The translations under genes were made by a program, and so were the position numbers. Positions 1-13,287 of a stretch of DNA of 64,000 nucleotides are shown piece by piece. Source of the DNA: an uncultured Gammaproteobacteria bacterium (GTDB lineage: Bacteria; Pseudomonadota; Gammaproteobacteria; GCA-001735895); the NCBI GenBank assembly GCA_964488685.1, contig CAZAVY010000002.1:9716-73715 (forward strand), written 5' to 3'. The notes below the pieces were generated by a model, which saw nothing but the letters and a program-made list of their open reading frames with translations, searched no databases and was not told where the DNA came from. How positions within the stretch are numbered: the stretch's first letter is position 1; each line of letters starts with the position of its first letter.

Positions 1-497
1 GCGGTAAATTCGTCATTGAAATCGAGTCCTCGCAACCACCCAGCAGGCACGGAATCGATAGCATTCGTTATCGGGTCAGCACTAACCCGGGACAGTCACC
101 AAAACCCCTCGCCAAGGTGGCCTCCGGGGGCGAACTGTCACGGATCAGCCTCGCGATCCAGGTAATAATGAGTGAAACTTCGCATATACCGACTCTGATA
201 TTTGATGAAGTCGACAGTGGCGTCGGCGGTGGCGTAGCCGAGATTGTCGGTAAAAAATTACGCTTGCTGGGTAACGACAGGCAGGTATTTTGCGTAACAC
301 ATCTACCCCAGGTCGCATCCCAGGCCCATCATCATTTTCGGGTTGATAAAACCACCGTTCGCAATCAAACCTTTACGGCTGTGTTTGCCCTGAGTGATGA
401 TGAACGCCTGGAGGAAGTGGCGCGTATGCTGGGAGGCGTCAATATCACCGAGCAAACCCGGGCCCATGCCGGTCAAATGATTGCGACCGCTGAATAA
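1..497 (+). CDS. recN: DNA repair protein RecN, C-terminal fragment (5' end lies outside the window)
   Basis: Translation has the SMC/RecN C-terminal signature (LSRISLAIQV, FDEVDSGVGG, CVTHLPQVAS). The ORF is open to the window edge. Confidence 0.85.
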   Translation, partial: GKFVIEIESSQPPSRHGIDSIRYRVSTNPGQSPKPLAKVASGGELSRISLAIQVIMSETSHIPTLIFDEVDSGVGGGVAEIVGKKLRLLGNDRQVFCVTHLPQVASQAHHHFRVDKTTVRNQTFTAVFALSDDERLEEVARMLGGVNITEQTRAHAGQMIATAE

Positions 498-536
498 TTA
501 ATGACTCCTTCAATAAATTATCTCATTGAAAGAGCA

Positions 537-944
537 CTAGTCCTGGTCGTTAAAGTGACCGTATAACACCATAGTGTGCTCGGTTATGGTGAAGTTGTGC
601 GCGGCGCCAATTTCAGTTTGTCTTTGTTCGATTACCTCGTCATAAAACTCCACTACCCGACCTGTCGCAATATCGACCATGTGATCGTGGTGTTCGCCAT
701 CATCGATTTCAAACACCGCATGCCCGCCATCAAAATGGTGGCGGGTTACCAGGCCCGCGGTTTCGAACTGGGTCAAAACCCGATAAACCGTCGCCAGGGC
801 TATTTCCTCTCCTGAATCCAGCAACATTTTGTAAATGTCTTCGGCCTTCAGATGGCGTTCGTCTGAACTTTCGAGTAACTCGAGGATTCTCATGCGCGGC
901 AGCGTTACCTTTAATCCCGCATTTTTTATATCAGCTGTTTCCAT
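537..944 (-). CDS. fur: Ferric uptake regulator Fur
   Basis: AGLKVTLPRMRILELL, TVYRVLTQFETAGLV, the HHDH metal site and a C-terminal dimerisation region. The start is taken at METADIK (944). The track ORF begins at 956 instead. Confidence 0.9.
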   Translation of the reverse strand: METADIKNAGLKVTLPRMRILELLESSDERHLKAEDIYKMLLDSGEEIALATVYRVLTQFETAGLVTRHHFDGGHAVFEIDDGEHHDHMVDIATGRVVEFYDEVIEQRQTEIGAAHNFTITEHTMVLYGHFNDQD

Positions 945-1018
945 AATATTCCTCACAGTATTTGCAGCTTGTCGATCTGGGCAGTATTATCGCGCATTGC
1001 TTCACAACATTCAGCAGC

Positions 1019-1342
1019 ATGAATCTACGGCTCGCGCAAAAAATTATTTGGATTGGAATCGTTATTGTAACATTCTCGGGCTGTGTATACCGATTGGATA
1101 TCGCACAGGGTAATCGCATCGATGCCAGCCTGATAGCGCAATTGGAAGTCGGGATGTCACGCAATCAAGTTGAATTTTTAATGGGTACGCCCGCGATAGT
1201 AGATCTGTATCAGCCCGACAAATGGCACTACGTTTATTTTTTCAGGGCCGGCGACAGCGGTGAAATTGAAAAGCGCCATATGACTTTAACCTTTGTCGGC
1301 GATTTACTCTCGGCGATTGACGGTCGACTCAATCCTGTGTGA
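1019..1342 (+). CDS. bamE: Outer-membrane protein assembly factor BamE (SmpA/OmlA lipoprotein)
   Basis: Lipoprotein signal peptide with lipobox FSGC, and the OmlA motifs GMSRNQVEFLMGTP and KWHYVYFF. Divergent from fur, as in Pseudomonas. The start is taken at MNLRL. The track ORF starts at 962. Confidence 0.85.
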   Translation: MNLRLAQKIIWIGIVIVTFSGCVYRLDIAQGNRIDASLIAQLEVGMSRNQVEFLMGTPAIVDLYQPDKWHYVYFFRAGDSGEIEKRHMTLTFVGDLLSAIDGRLNPV

Positions 1343-1649
1343 TTGCGCCGCCACCCTTCTTCATTTTTAACCCCTTTGCCGCTCGTTGCCGGCGTATTTC
1401 CTTGGGATCTGCAATCAGTGACCGATATATTTCTATGCGATCGCCGTCAACTAAATTATAGTCATCGTTGATGGCTTTTCCAAACACCCCCAGTTCACAG
1501 TTCTGGAGATCGATCCCGGAGAAATGAGTATCGATTCCGGAACCAATGACAAGGTCACGAACGCTGGTGTTTACATCGATTTCGCATTCTAGAATAATTT
1601 GTTTTTCGGGGGCGGCTTAAGCCACCTCGACCAGGATTTTAACGATCAT
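1330..1649 (-). pseudogene. ratB: ratB (RnfH/YfjF family) homolog interrupted by an in-frame TAA at codon 11
   Basis: My minus-strand translation reads MIVKILVEVA-TAA-AAPEKQIILECEIDV...DGDRIEIYRSLIADPKEIRRQRAAK, which matches E. coli YfjF (VEVAYALPEKQ...[25 protein letters not shown]). The TAA (plus-strand 1617..1619) sits exactly at the conserved Tyr codon. The ATG overlaps the 3' end of ratA, and the stop overlaps the 3' end of bamE. Confidence 0.6.
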
Positions 1650-2073
1650 TCAACGCCCGGGCCCGGTCACAAAACGAGTCGACCATGGAATTTGCGATTT
1701 TTGAAAACGCCGGTGCTATCAGTGCCGCAGCAATGCCTTTTTTCATTTCAAACTGCAGATCGAGTTCAATTTTACAACCTTCATCGCCCATCGATTCGAA
1801 GCTCCAGAAACCTTCCAGCTTTCGAAAAGGACCTTCGACCAGGGTCATTTCTATGGACTCTCCCGGTACCATCAGGTTGCGTGTTTTAAACCAGTGATTT
1901 AAGCCTACCCCCTGCATTAGTATCGAAGCCTCCATTGCATGGTCGTTTACGTGATGTAGTTTGACTCCACCACACCAGGGTAGAAATTCAGGATAATCCC
2001 CGATCCGGTTTACGATGTCGTACATGAACTGCGCCGTATAAGGCATCAACGCACTGCGTTTAATACCCGGCAC
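1639..2073 (-). CDS. ratA: Ribosome-association toxin RatA (SRPBCC/polyketide-cyclase fold, YfjG family)
   Basis: ALMPYTAQFMYDIVNRIGDYPEFLPWC aligns with E. coli YfjG (ALVPYSAEQMYQLVNDVQSYPQFLPGC). Position between bamE/ratB and the next gene fits. Confidence 0.85.
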   Translation of the reverse strand: MPGIKRSALMPYTAQFMYDIVNRIGDYPEFLPWCGGVKLHHVNDHAMEASILMQGVGLNHWFKTRNLMVPGESIEMTLVEGPFRKLEGFWSFESMGDEGCKIELDLQFEMKKGIAAALIAPAFSKIANSMVDSFCDRARALNDR

Positions 2074-2074
2074 T

Positions 2075-3472
2075 TCAAATAATTCCCAGAGCGGCGAGTA
2101 TTATCACCAGTAAAAGTACCGGTACGATATAGCGAATCAGGTAGTTCCAGATCTCGAACCTGTAAGGCCGGGGCATCGCAAGTTCTTTATAACTGACGTC
2201 GCGCGGAATTTTCCAGGCGACAAATAAACATACCAGCAGTGCCACAAACGGCTGGATCAGGTGGCTGGAGACAAATACCAGTACCTCATGGAATCCGGCA
2301 TTGTTGACCAGCCGAATGGCTTCATCTCCGAAAAACAAGGCTACGGTAAATCCCTCACCATTCCAGACGCTTTGGGCCAGCACCACACCGAGACCAACCA
2401 GCCAGATACCAATACCGAGCAATATCGCCGCTTTTAATCTCGTCACCGAAAATTTGCGTTGGGCATAGGTAATGGGCGCTTCAAGCAATGCGATCGATGT
2501 GGTAAGTGCCGCAATCATCAACATCATGAAAAACAAGCTGCTGAAAAGATCGCTGGATGAAAACCGGTCCAAAATGACAGGCATCACGCGAAAAGCAAAC
2601 TGGCTATCGATTCCAGGTTGTTGACCGACTGATAACATCAACGCGTTTATCGAAAGCCCGGTGAAAATGGAAAACAATAAATCAAGTGTGATTACCAGTG
2701 CCGCCGAATGACCGATTGAAATACCGGCTGGCAGGTAACGTCCATAAGCCATCATGACACCGATGCCGAGGGCAAGTGTATAAAACGCTCGTTGCAGTGC
2801 GAGGATCGGGGTATGTGAGTCCATGGCAGCGAAGTCGGCATAGAGTATGTACTTGATACTTAACAACATACCCGACGAAGTCAGTGCCAGCATGAGCCCG
2901 ATTACCAGTAGCAGCACCATTAGCGGAACCAGTATCAGTGTGAATCGTTCAACGCCCTGTCTTACAGGTTGCGCACATATTGATACCAGGGTGATTACGA
3001 ACAGGGTATGCCACAAGGTCATGCGTTCGCTATCGATCGTGAAATCCGTAAAGAGCGATTTAGCGGTTTCCAGTGTAATGCCATCGAAAACGCCCACCAT
3101 GGCCTTTACCGAGTATGCGAACGCCCAGCCCCCGACCACGCTTAATGTTGCGATGATCAGGAAAGCGGCGAACATCGCGCTCAAACCGGTCAATTTCCAG
3201 TACATCGAAGCCTTGTATTGTTCGGACAGGATCCTGAAACTTGCCACGGGATCGTTCCTGGTTAGTCTGCCGAGCATTAATTCAGCCATCAGCAACGGCA
3301 AACCCAGTACGAACAGAAACAGAATGTAAAGCAACAGAAAAGCACCGCCGCCGTTCTGACCGGCAAGAACCGGAAAGGTAAGAAGATCGTTCAGGCTTAA
3401 TGTCGCTGCGACCGCCACAATTACAAATGCGGATTGTGAACGCCAGGTAAATCCTTTTTCAGTCGTGTTCAT
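2075..3472 (-). CDS. Sodium-dependent transporter, NSS (SNF) family, about 12 TM helices
   Basis: NSS signature in the N-terminal region (FPVLAGQNGGGAFLLLYILFLFVLGLPLLMAELMLGR). Highly hydrophobic over 465 aa. Confidence 0.85.
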   Translation of the reverse strand: MNTTEKGFTWRSQSAFVIVAVAATLSLNDLLTFPVLAGQNGGGAFLLLYILFLFVLGLPLLMAELMLGRLTRNDPVASFRILSEQYKASMYWKLTGLSAMFAAFLIIATLSVVGGWAFAYSVKAMVGVFDGITLETAKSLFTDFTIDSERMTLWHTLFVITLVSICAQPVRQGVERFTLILVPLMVLLLVIGLMLALTSSGMLLSIKYILYADFAAMDSHTPILALQRAFYTLALGIGVMMAYGRYLPAGISIGHSAALVITLDLLFSIFTGLSINALMLSVGQQPGIDSQFAFRVMPVILDRFSSSDLFSSLFFMMLMIAALTTSIALLEAPITYAQRKFSVTRLKAAILLGIGIWLVGLGVVLAQSVWNGEGFTVALFFGDEAIRLVNNAGFHEVLVFVSSHLIQPFVALLVCLFVAWKIPRDVSYKELAMPRPYRFEIWNYLIRYIVPVLLLVIILAALGII

Positions 3473-3727
3473 AGCTGAACTTTAGCAGCCAATGGTTAAT
3501 TGTGTTGTGTTTAGAGGCATGTATAAACGGTACAGTGTTTACCTCCCTAAATTCAATAAGTTACTTAGTATAGTTAAAGTGACTTATTCTGCAATCGTTT
3601 GATCTTCTCCAGCTTCTACCAGTTATCGGGGCAGATTCCCGGATTTTACCGTCGTAGTCGGCAAGGTTGCTTGGAACTTTAATCATCTTTAAGGAGGCCA
3701 TGCATATATTTCCGGAGCCGACCAGGT

Positions 3728-4486
3728 CTATCCCCCGAATACACGACCATCTCGGGAGCGGCGAAGTTCCTGGAAAGCATCGATTTCCCAGGGTCGAATC
3801 GCTATCATCAAACTGGTACCGAATCGTTGATTGAGCGGTAATAATTCCGATTCTATGTTCAGGTCATCCATTTCCTGGGAAAGACGTTGCATCTTCTTTA
3901 TCATCTGAGCATTCGCAGATCTGGAGATCATACCGGATACAAACACGCGAAACTCCCCAGCTCCGTTGAAGGAGGAATTCAGGAATTCCGACTGCACCTT
4001 GCGCTCAAAATATTGCTGGATCGGCCCACTGGGAATCCATTTAAAGTTTCGATCGACCCTCAACTTTACACGGTTATCCAGCTGTAATTCGATAATTTTC
4101 ATGCGATCCAGCCGCGCCAGCAACCGTATGCCGTCGGTTTCTGAAATGTCGTAAATGGACAGGATTTCAGAAAACTGAAGTTTGTTCATTAACAGCATCG
4201 CAATCAGTAACAGCTTTACATCTGAAACCAGTTCCATTTCCTGTTCCAGCGTCAACTGTGTTGTCAACTCGATGTTTTTTTCCATCAGGTGAACCAGGCC
4301 ACCGATATCCAGATGCAACAGTGAACAAACTTTTTCGAGCCTTTTAAGCGAAAACGATTCTTCCGAAAACAATCGTTTGATACTGGTCTCGGAAAGGCCG
4401 AGTGACTTGGAAACCTGTTTGTAGGTAATGCGCTGTTTTCTTAGTTCCTGCTTCAAGGTACCGATTAACGACCCGACTTGTGACAT
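3728..4486 (-). CDS. HTH (XRE/Cro-C1 type) transcriptional regulator with an uncharacterised C-terminal domain
   Basis: N-terminal HTH (ITYKQVSKSLGLSETSIKRLFS). No catalytic motifs recognised in the C-terminal 180 aa. Confidence 0.6.
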   Translation of the reverse strand: MSQVGSLIGTLKQELRKQRITYKQVSKSLGLSETSIKRLFSEESFSLKRLEKVCSLLHLDIGGLVHLMEKNIELTTQLTLEQEMELVSDVKLLLIAMLLMNKLQFSEILSIYDISETDGIRLLARLDRMKIIELQLDNRVKLRVDRNFKWIPSGPIQQYFERKVQSEFLNSSFNGAGEFRVFVSGMISRSANAQMIKKMQRLSQEMDDLNIESELLPLNQRFGTSLMIAIRPWEIDAFQELRRSRDGRVFGG

Positions 4487-4664
4487 TTCTCAATGCTCCG
4501 ATAGCTTCGGAGTCAAATTATAGTACTAATTTCACGATGTATTCATAACAACTCACCCGCTATCAATCTCGCAACATTAACGACGAGCACAAATCTTGTC
4601 CGGTGCTGTAACGCTAAAACAATCACATTTGATAATAACCTGCCCAGAATCAGCTAAAAATTAG

Positions 4665-4690
4665 AAAAGCCCCCGAAATGGGGCTTTTCT
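4665..4690 (-). terminator. Rho-independent terminator downstream of tRNA-Ser (also readable from the + strand)
   Basis: aaaagccccc-gaaat-gggggctttt hairpin followed by a T-run on the minus strand, immediately 3' of the tRNA. Confidence 0.5.
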
Positions 4691-4693
4691 AAT

Positions 4694-4781
4694 TGGCGGA
4701 GAGCGAGGGATTCGAACCCCCGGAGGGTTTCCCCTCAACGGTTTTCAAGACCGCCGCTTTCGACCACTCAGCCAGCTCTCC
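4694..4781 (-). tRNA. serT: tRNA-Ser (anticodon UGA), class II with long variable arm
   Basis: Reverse complement reads GGAGAGCTGGCTGAGTGGTCGAAAGCGGCGGTCTTGAAAACCGTTGAGGGGAAACCCTCCGGGGGTTCGAATCCCTCGCTCTCCGCCA. It has 7-bp acceptor pairing, anticodon loop cuUGAaa, a long variable arm, T-loop GGTTCGAATCC and an encoded CCA. It sits next to a yccA-like gene, as serT does in E. coli. Confidence 0.85.
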
Positions 4782-5105
4782 TTTAAACGCTTTATATTGC
4801 TTAAGTGACTACATTTAGCTCAAATTCAGTGACGAAAACGACGTTTGTCGGCTGTTTCCCGAATATATCGATCCCGACAGCGGCTAACAGTCTTGAAACG
4901 CAGGCCTATTATAAACATTTAGGAATCCGAGTCATCAGGAATTATGGGCATTTGAGACTTGATATTCCTCATTTTAACCGCATTTAAGCTACATTGACAA
5001 AGCGAGCTCAATCTCGCATGACCGTGCCGGAATCACTTGATATAGATCTGGCAGGAACTTAGAATGGTTTGTATCAGTCTAAAAAGACACTAACGGAGTA
5101 AAGTA

Positions 5106-5771
5106 ATGCAAATGCAAATGAATACTGCTGTAACCCGCTCTTCAGAATCGATTCTGCAGACCAACAAACTGATCAAGAATACTTACATGCTGCTGTCCAT
5201 GACGCTGATTTTCAGCGGTGTTTCAGCATATCTGAGTATTGCAATGAACGCCTCTCATGGCATCGCCTTAGGTGCAAGCCTGGTTGGTATCGGTTTACTC
5301 TGGTTTGCATTGCCCAGAACCCAGAATTCGGCTGCAGGCATTCCGGTAATATTTGCCATTACCGGCTTGTTGGGGTTTGGACTAGGACCGATTCTAAGCT
5401 ATTACCTTAGTGTTAATCCGAACATCGTTATGGTTGCGATGGGCGGCACCGGTTCGATATTCCTGGGCCTGTCGGGTTACGCCCTGACGACACGCAAGGA
5501 TTTCAGCTTTATGGGCGGATTTATTTTCGTCGGATTGCTGGTAGCCATCGGCGCGATGCTGTTGAATCTGTTCCTCGGCATACCGGCTCTGGCGCTGGCA
5601 ATCAGCGCTGCCGTAATCATGATTATGAGCGGCCTCATTCTGTTCCAGACCTCGGCAATGATCCATGGCGGTGAAACCAATTATATCTCTGCGACTGCGG
5701 GGCTGTTTATTGCGATCTTGAATATCTTCACCAGCTTGCTGCATATTCTTGGCGCTTTTAGAGACGATTAA
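5106..5771 (+). CDS. yccA: Bax-inhibitor-1/YccA family inner-membrane protein (FtsH modulator)
   Basis: N-terminal LQTNKLIKNTYMLLSMTLIFSGVSAYLS matches the YccA signature (VLRNTYFLLSLTLAFSA). Seven predicted TM segments. Adjacent to tRNA-Ser. Confidence 0.85.
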   Translation: MQMQMNTAVTRSSESILQTNKLIKNTYMLLSMTLIFSGVSAYLSIAMNASHGIALGASLVGIGLLWFALPRTQNSAAGIPVIFAITGLLGFGLGPILSYYLSVNPNIVMVAMGGTGSIFLGLSGYALTTRKDFSFMGGFIFVGLLVAIGAMLLNLFLGIPALALAISAAVIMIMSGLILFQTSAMIHGGETNYISATAGLFIAILNIFTSLLHILGAFRDD

Positions 5772-5798
5772 ATTCACCACAGCTATCGAAGAACGATA

Positions 5799-5823
5799 AG
5801 CCCCTGTATCAGGGGCTTTTTTT
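5799..5823 (+). terminator. Rho-independent terminator after the yccA-like gene
   Basis: agcccctg-tat-caggggct stem followed by seven T residues. Confidence 0.65.
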
Positions 5824-5836
5824 GAGGGATATGGTT

Positions 5837-6016
5837 ATGGATTGGTTGAAAATTGTATCTGCTGTTGCCCTGATCGCAATGTTCTTTTTCATTTTACCTT
5901 CAGCCAAACGCATGGTGAAAGACTCTCCCAAGGGCAGTTTCAGCGACTGGATGGGTTATATCGTACCCATGTCTGCGGTGGTTTTATTTATCATTCTGTT
6001 GATCACGTTGGTTTAG
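5837..6016 (+). CDS. Hypothetical small membrane protein (2 TM), uncertain
   Basis: GAGGGA Shine-Dalgarno sits 7 nt before the ATG. There are two hydrophobic helices. But it directly follows a terminator, and its 3' end overlaps the ispD 3' end by 33 nt. Confidence 0.25.
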   Translation: MDWLKIVSAVALIAMFFFILPSAKRMVKDSPKGSFSDWMGYIVPMSAVVLFIILLITLV

Positions 6017-6715
6017 CCACAACATTTCAGCAAGCGCCAGATCTCCCTGGGTTGTAACCTTGATATTATCGGTACTCCCCTCGACTAACACTGGGGTATA
6101 ACCCATTAATTCGATGGCCTGGGCATCGTCTGTAATGACCAGATTTTCGTCAATGACCCTTTCCAATGCCCTGAGTAAAGCTCGCAGGTGAAAAACCTGT
6201 GGCGTCAATGCGCGCCATAAATTATCCCGTGACAGCGTGCTTGCGATTTCCATATTGTCAGTTTGAAATTTAAGCGTATCTGTAATCCTCGATGCGAGGA
6301 TGGCCCCGCTCGCGTGCTGCCGGGCCGCATCTATCACTCCGCTCAGATCCCGGTTGTTTACAAGTGGTCGCACGGCGTCATGGACTAAAGCGATCGCATC
6401 ACTATCAGCCTTGTCTTGCAGCATAGTCAGGCCGTTGTAGACCGAGTTGTGACGTTCGAGTCCTCCGCTAGCGGTAAAGACGGGTTTGCTTGAAATATAC
6501 CCAAGTTCACGCCATTGCCTGTCGTCTTCGCGTAGCACCACGATTGCGCCATCGATTTGGGGATGAGACAACAGGCGATCCAGACAGTGTTCGATGATTG
6601 TCTTACCCTGAAAGCGATTATATTGCTTTGCAGTGTCGCTTTGCATACGGCTGCCGGTGCCGGCGGCAGGAATTACCGCCCAGACGGGAGCATTATTGCT
6701 CATCGACGGTATCAT
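5984..6715 (-). CDS. ispD: 2-C-methyl-D-erythritol 4-phosphate cytidylyltransferase
   Basis: AVIPAAGTGSRM N-terminal motif and C-terminal TTQGDLALAEML. Sits in the ftsB-ispD operon context. Confidence 0.9.
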   Translation of the reverse strand: MIPSMSNNAPVWAVIPAAGTGSRMQSDTAKQYNRFQGKTIIEHCLDRLLSHPQIDGAIVVLREDDRQWRELGYISSKPVFTASGGLERHNSVYNGLTMLQDKADSDAIALVHDAVRPLVNNRDLSGVIDAARQHASGAILASRITDTLKFQTDNMEIASTLSRDNLWRALTPQVFHLRALLRALERVIDENLVITDDAQAIELMGYTPVLVEGSTDNIKVTTQGDLALAEMLWLNQRDQQNDK

Positions 6716-6995
6716 CGGGTTGCGGGATTAGCTGAATAAAAGTTTCTCCCTGTTTGATCATGCCGAGATCGTTGCGTGCTTTCTCTTCGAAGGCATCTAG
6801 CCCGTTTTGCAGGTCTAACACCTGGGCTTCGAGAATTTTGTTACGCTTTTCGAGTTCGGTTAGCTTTTGTTTCTGTAATTCGAGTTCACGTGCAAGTTGC
6901 ACCACCTCGGACAGGCTGCCGTCACCAAACCACAGCTTATACTGTAAACCAATGAGGAACAGGATCAATATGGCAATCAGAATCTTCATCGGCAC
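6693..6995 (-). CDS. ftsB: Cell-division protein FtsB (septum formation initiator)
   Basis: N-terminal TM helix, LWFGDGSL motif and a coiled-coil region. Lies between eno and ispD. Confidence 0.85.
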   Translation of the reverse strand: MPMKILIAILILFLIGLQYKLWFGDGSLSEVVQLARELELQKQKLTELEKRNKILEAQVLDLQNGLDAFEEKARNDLGMIKQGETFIQLIPQPDDTVDEQ

Positions 6996-7007
6996 ATCGA
7001 TTTCGCG

Positions 7008-10874
<3,867 letters not shown>

Positions 10875-10971
10875 TCACTCGGTTTTTATCGAATTACGCC
10901 TCTCGAATCGCTATTTCAGTGGCCGTCAATATTTAGACGCAAACGAAAAAAGCTGTCCTATACTCAGCCCT

Positions 10972-12276
10972 ATGCGTGCTCTCATTGTAGAAAATAACCT
11001 GGCTTACCGGGACAGGTTGAATCATACCCTCGCCGAACAGGGTTTCGACACCGATACCGGCGACAGCATCGAATCAGCGCGTCGCTATGCCGATTCTGAA
11101 ACATACGACATTATTTTCGTGCATCAAGAACTTAAGGATGGTGATGGAGAGGAGTTTGTTGCCTATTGCAATGATCACGCGCGCCACAAAGATACCCCCA
11201 TTTTGTTCCTGACCGAAAACGCCCGGTTGGACGCGGAGGCGCTTTCAGTCCGGGTTGACGGCGTCATCCACGAACTTGACGCACACCAGATCGAAGGTCA
11301 AATCGTGCATTTCATCGATCTTCACCTGGACCCGTTGTTTTTCGAGGGACGAATTCTGTTTGTCGAGGACGACGCAGAGGTTTCGGCAACCATTTTGACT
11401 CAACTGGAACAAACCGGCTACCAGGTTTCGCATTTCAAGACGGCCGAAGAAGCCTGCGCGGAGTTCGACGCCGTAACCCTATATGGCTCGCATGCTGAAG
11501 CTTATGACCTGACGATTACCGAGATCAATCTCAAGGGCAATATGAGCGGCGAGGATCTGATAGAGCGAATTCGTACCTACGCGGATGGGCGAGGTTTTAT
11601 TCCCATAATCGCGATTACCGCCGATAACGACGACCAGCAAAGAATTTCACTGTATCACTCCGGTGTCAACGACGTCCTGCAAAGACCGATACTAGCAGAA
11701 GAATTACTGGTGCGTATTCGCAATCTGATTACCAACAAGCGTCTTCTCGACAAGGTTCATGACATTCGCCGTGAATTATTTTCGCTCGCGACTACCGACA
11801 AACTGACCGGTTGCCACAATCGTCACAGCCTGATGGAATTTTCTGAAAAGTTTATCTCCCAGGCGCTACGTCACGAGTATCCTGTCAGCATGCTGGTTAT
11901 CGATCTGGACCACTTCAAAGCGGTTAACGACAATCATGGCCACGCCACGGGAGACCTGGTGCTCGAATTAACGGGCAAACTGCTCAACCAGAGTTTTCGC
12001 GATGGGGATCTCGTCTCACGCTATGGTGGTGAAGAATTCGTGGTATTAATGACGCATTGCAATGGCGATGATGCCAGCATCAAGGCTGAAAAATTCCGCC
12101 TGGAATTCGAACAATTGCAGCCTGCTGGATTGACTATCACCACCAGCATAGGTGTCACATCGATGGAGGTAGGAACCACCCGGGATTTTGAAGCCATGTT
12201 CCATGCCGGTGACCAGGGCGTATACAAAGCTAAACAGAACGGACGCAACCAGGTGGTTTTCGTCACCCTCGACTAG
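10972..12276 (+). CDS. PleD-like diguanylate cyclase: two atypical receiver domains plus a GGDEF domain (GGEEF active site, RDGD I-site)
   Basis: RYGGEEFVVLM with RDGD five residues upstream. Both receiver-like domains lack the phospho-acceptor Asp: His in REC1 (DIIFVHQELKDGDG) and Glu in REC2 (DLTITEINL). Confidence 0.85.
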   Translation: MRALIVENNLAYRDRLNHTLAEQGFDTDTGDSIESARRYADSETYDIIFVHQELKDGDGEEFVAYCNDHARHKDTPILFLTENARLDAEALSVRVDGVIHELDAHQIEGQIVHFIDLHLDPLFFEGRILFVEDDAEVSATILTQLEQTGYQVSHFKTAEEACAEFDAVTLYGSHAEAYDLTITEINLKGNMSGEDLIERIRTYADGRGFIPIIAITADNDDQQRISLYHSGVNDVLQRPILAEELLVRIRNLITNKRLLDKVHDIRRELFSLATTDKLTGCHNRHSLMEFSEKFISQALRHEYPVSMLVIDLDHFKAVNDNHGHATGDLVLELTGKLLNQSFRDGDLVSRYGGEEFVVLMTHCNGDDASIKAEKFRLEFEQLQPAGLTITTSIGVTSMEVGTTRDFEAMFHAGDQGVYKAKQNGRNQVVFVTLD

Positions 12277-12333
12277 CCCGCATTTCTCAACAGCCGCCTG
12301 CTGCGGTGAAGCAGCCGAGAAAGGCAGGCCGGA

Positions 12334-13287
12334 TCAGGGTTTGTTCGCAATTAATACGGCACGCCGCGGCGCGGGTAAGCCCTCGACGGTGAAAGACGGA
12401 TCTTCTTTGTCCAGCCACTGTTGCAGCGACTCAAACTGCATCCACTCGGTTACCCGTTGTTCGTCCGGGTTAGTCACTGATTCGTCGACTACCCGTACAT
12501 TGATAAACCCGCAACGCCTTAACCATTCGACCAGCTCCGCCGCTGACGGGATGAACCAGACGTTACGCATCCGCGCATAACGTTGCGGTGGTACCAGTAC
12601 TCTGCCTGTCCCGCCTTCGATCACCAGGGTTTCAAGGCAAAGCTCGCCCCCGCTCAGCAGGCAATTCCTGAGTTGAAAAAGGTGATCCAGCGGGCTTCTG
12701 CGGTGATACAACACCCCCATCGAGAATACGGTGTCAAACCAGTTCAAGTTATCGGGAATATGTTCTACGCCAATCGGCAACAGGTGGATATCATTTCGTC
12801 TCAAGTATTTTTGAACGACCTGAAACTGCATGTTGAATAAAACCGAGGGTTCGATTCCGAGCACGAATTCTGGAGAATTCGTTAACATGCGCCAGCAGTG
12901 ATAACCGTTGCCGCATCCAATATCAAGAATACGCCGCCCTTGCAAAGCGCTCAGATGCGGCAAAACCCGGTCCCATTTGATATCGGAACGCCATTCGCTA
13001 TCGACAAAAACATCCGCTATTTGATAAGGTCCCTTGCGCCAGGGTATCAACTCCCGTAACACCCGGCGTAGCGCTATTGAATCACCACACTCAGCTTCAA
13101 TGGTGACGGCCGGGGTATCGAAGGATGCCTGCGCGCCGACCATTTCCGGCAACGCGTTAAGGGCCGCCGACCAGCGGGCGTAATCCCCATGGCTGAGAAA
13201 CCAGCTATTACTTTCGGATTCGAGTTGTTGTGCCCATTGATTGAGGCCATTGCTGCGAAAATAGTCGAACAGTTGATTCCAGTTCAT
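12334..13287 (-). CDS. cmoB: tRNA U34 carboxymethyltransferase CmoB
   Basis: RILDIGCGNGYHCWRM SAM motif. Translation matches CmoB throughout and overlaps cmoA. Confidence 0.9.
   Translation of the reverse strand: MNWNQLFDYFRSNGLNQWAQQLESESNSWFLSHGDYARWSAALNALPEMVGAQASFDTPAVTIEAECGDSIALRRVLRELIPWRKGPYQIADVFVDSEWRSDIKWDRVLPHLSALQGRRILDIGCGNGYHCWRMLTNSPEFVLGIEPSVLFNMQFQVVQKYLRRNDIHLLPIGVEHIPDNLNWFDTVFSMGVLYHRRSPLDHLFQLRNCLLSGGELCLETLVIEGGTGRVLVPPQRYARMRNVWFIPSAAELVEWLRRCGFINVRVVDESVTNPDEQRVTEWMQFESLQQWLDKEDPSFTVEGLPAPRRAVLIANKP

Noticed and set aside
3473-3727. Possible riboswitch or leader upstream of the NSS transporter gene.
   Set aside because: I could not recognise any known riboswitch consensus by eye. 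The region is simply AT-rich promoter DNA with a GGAGG Shine-Dalgarno.
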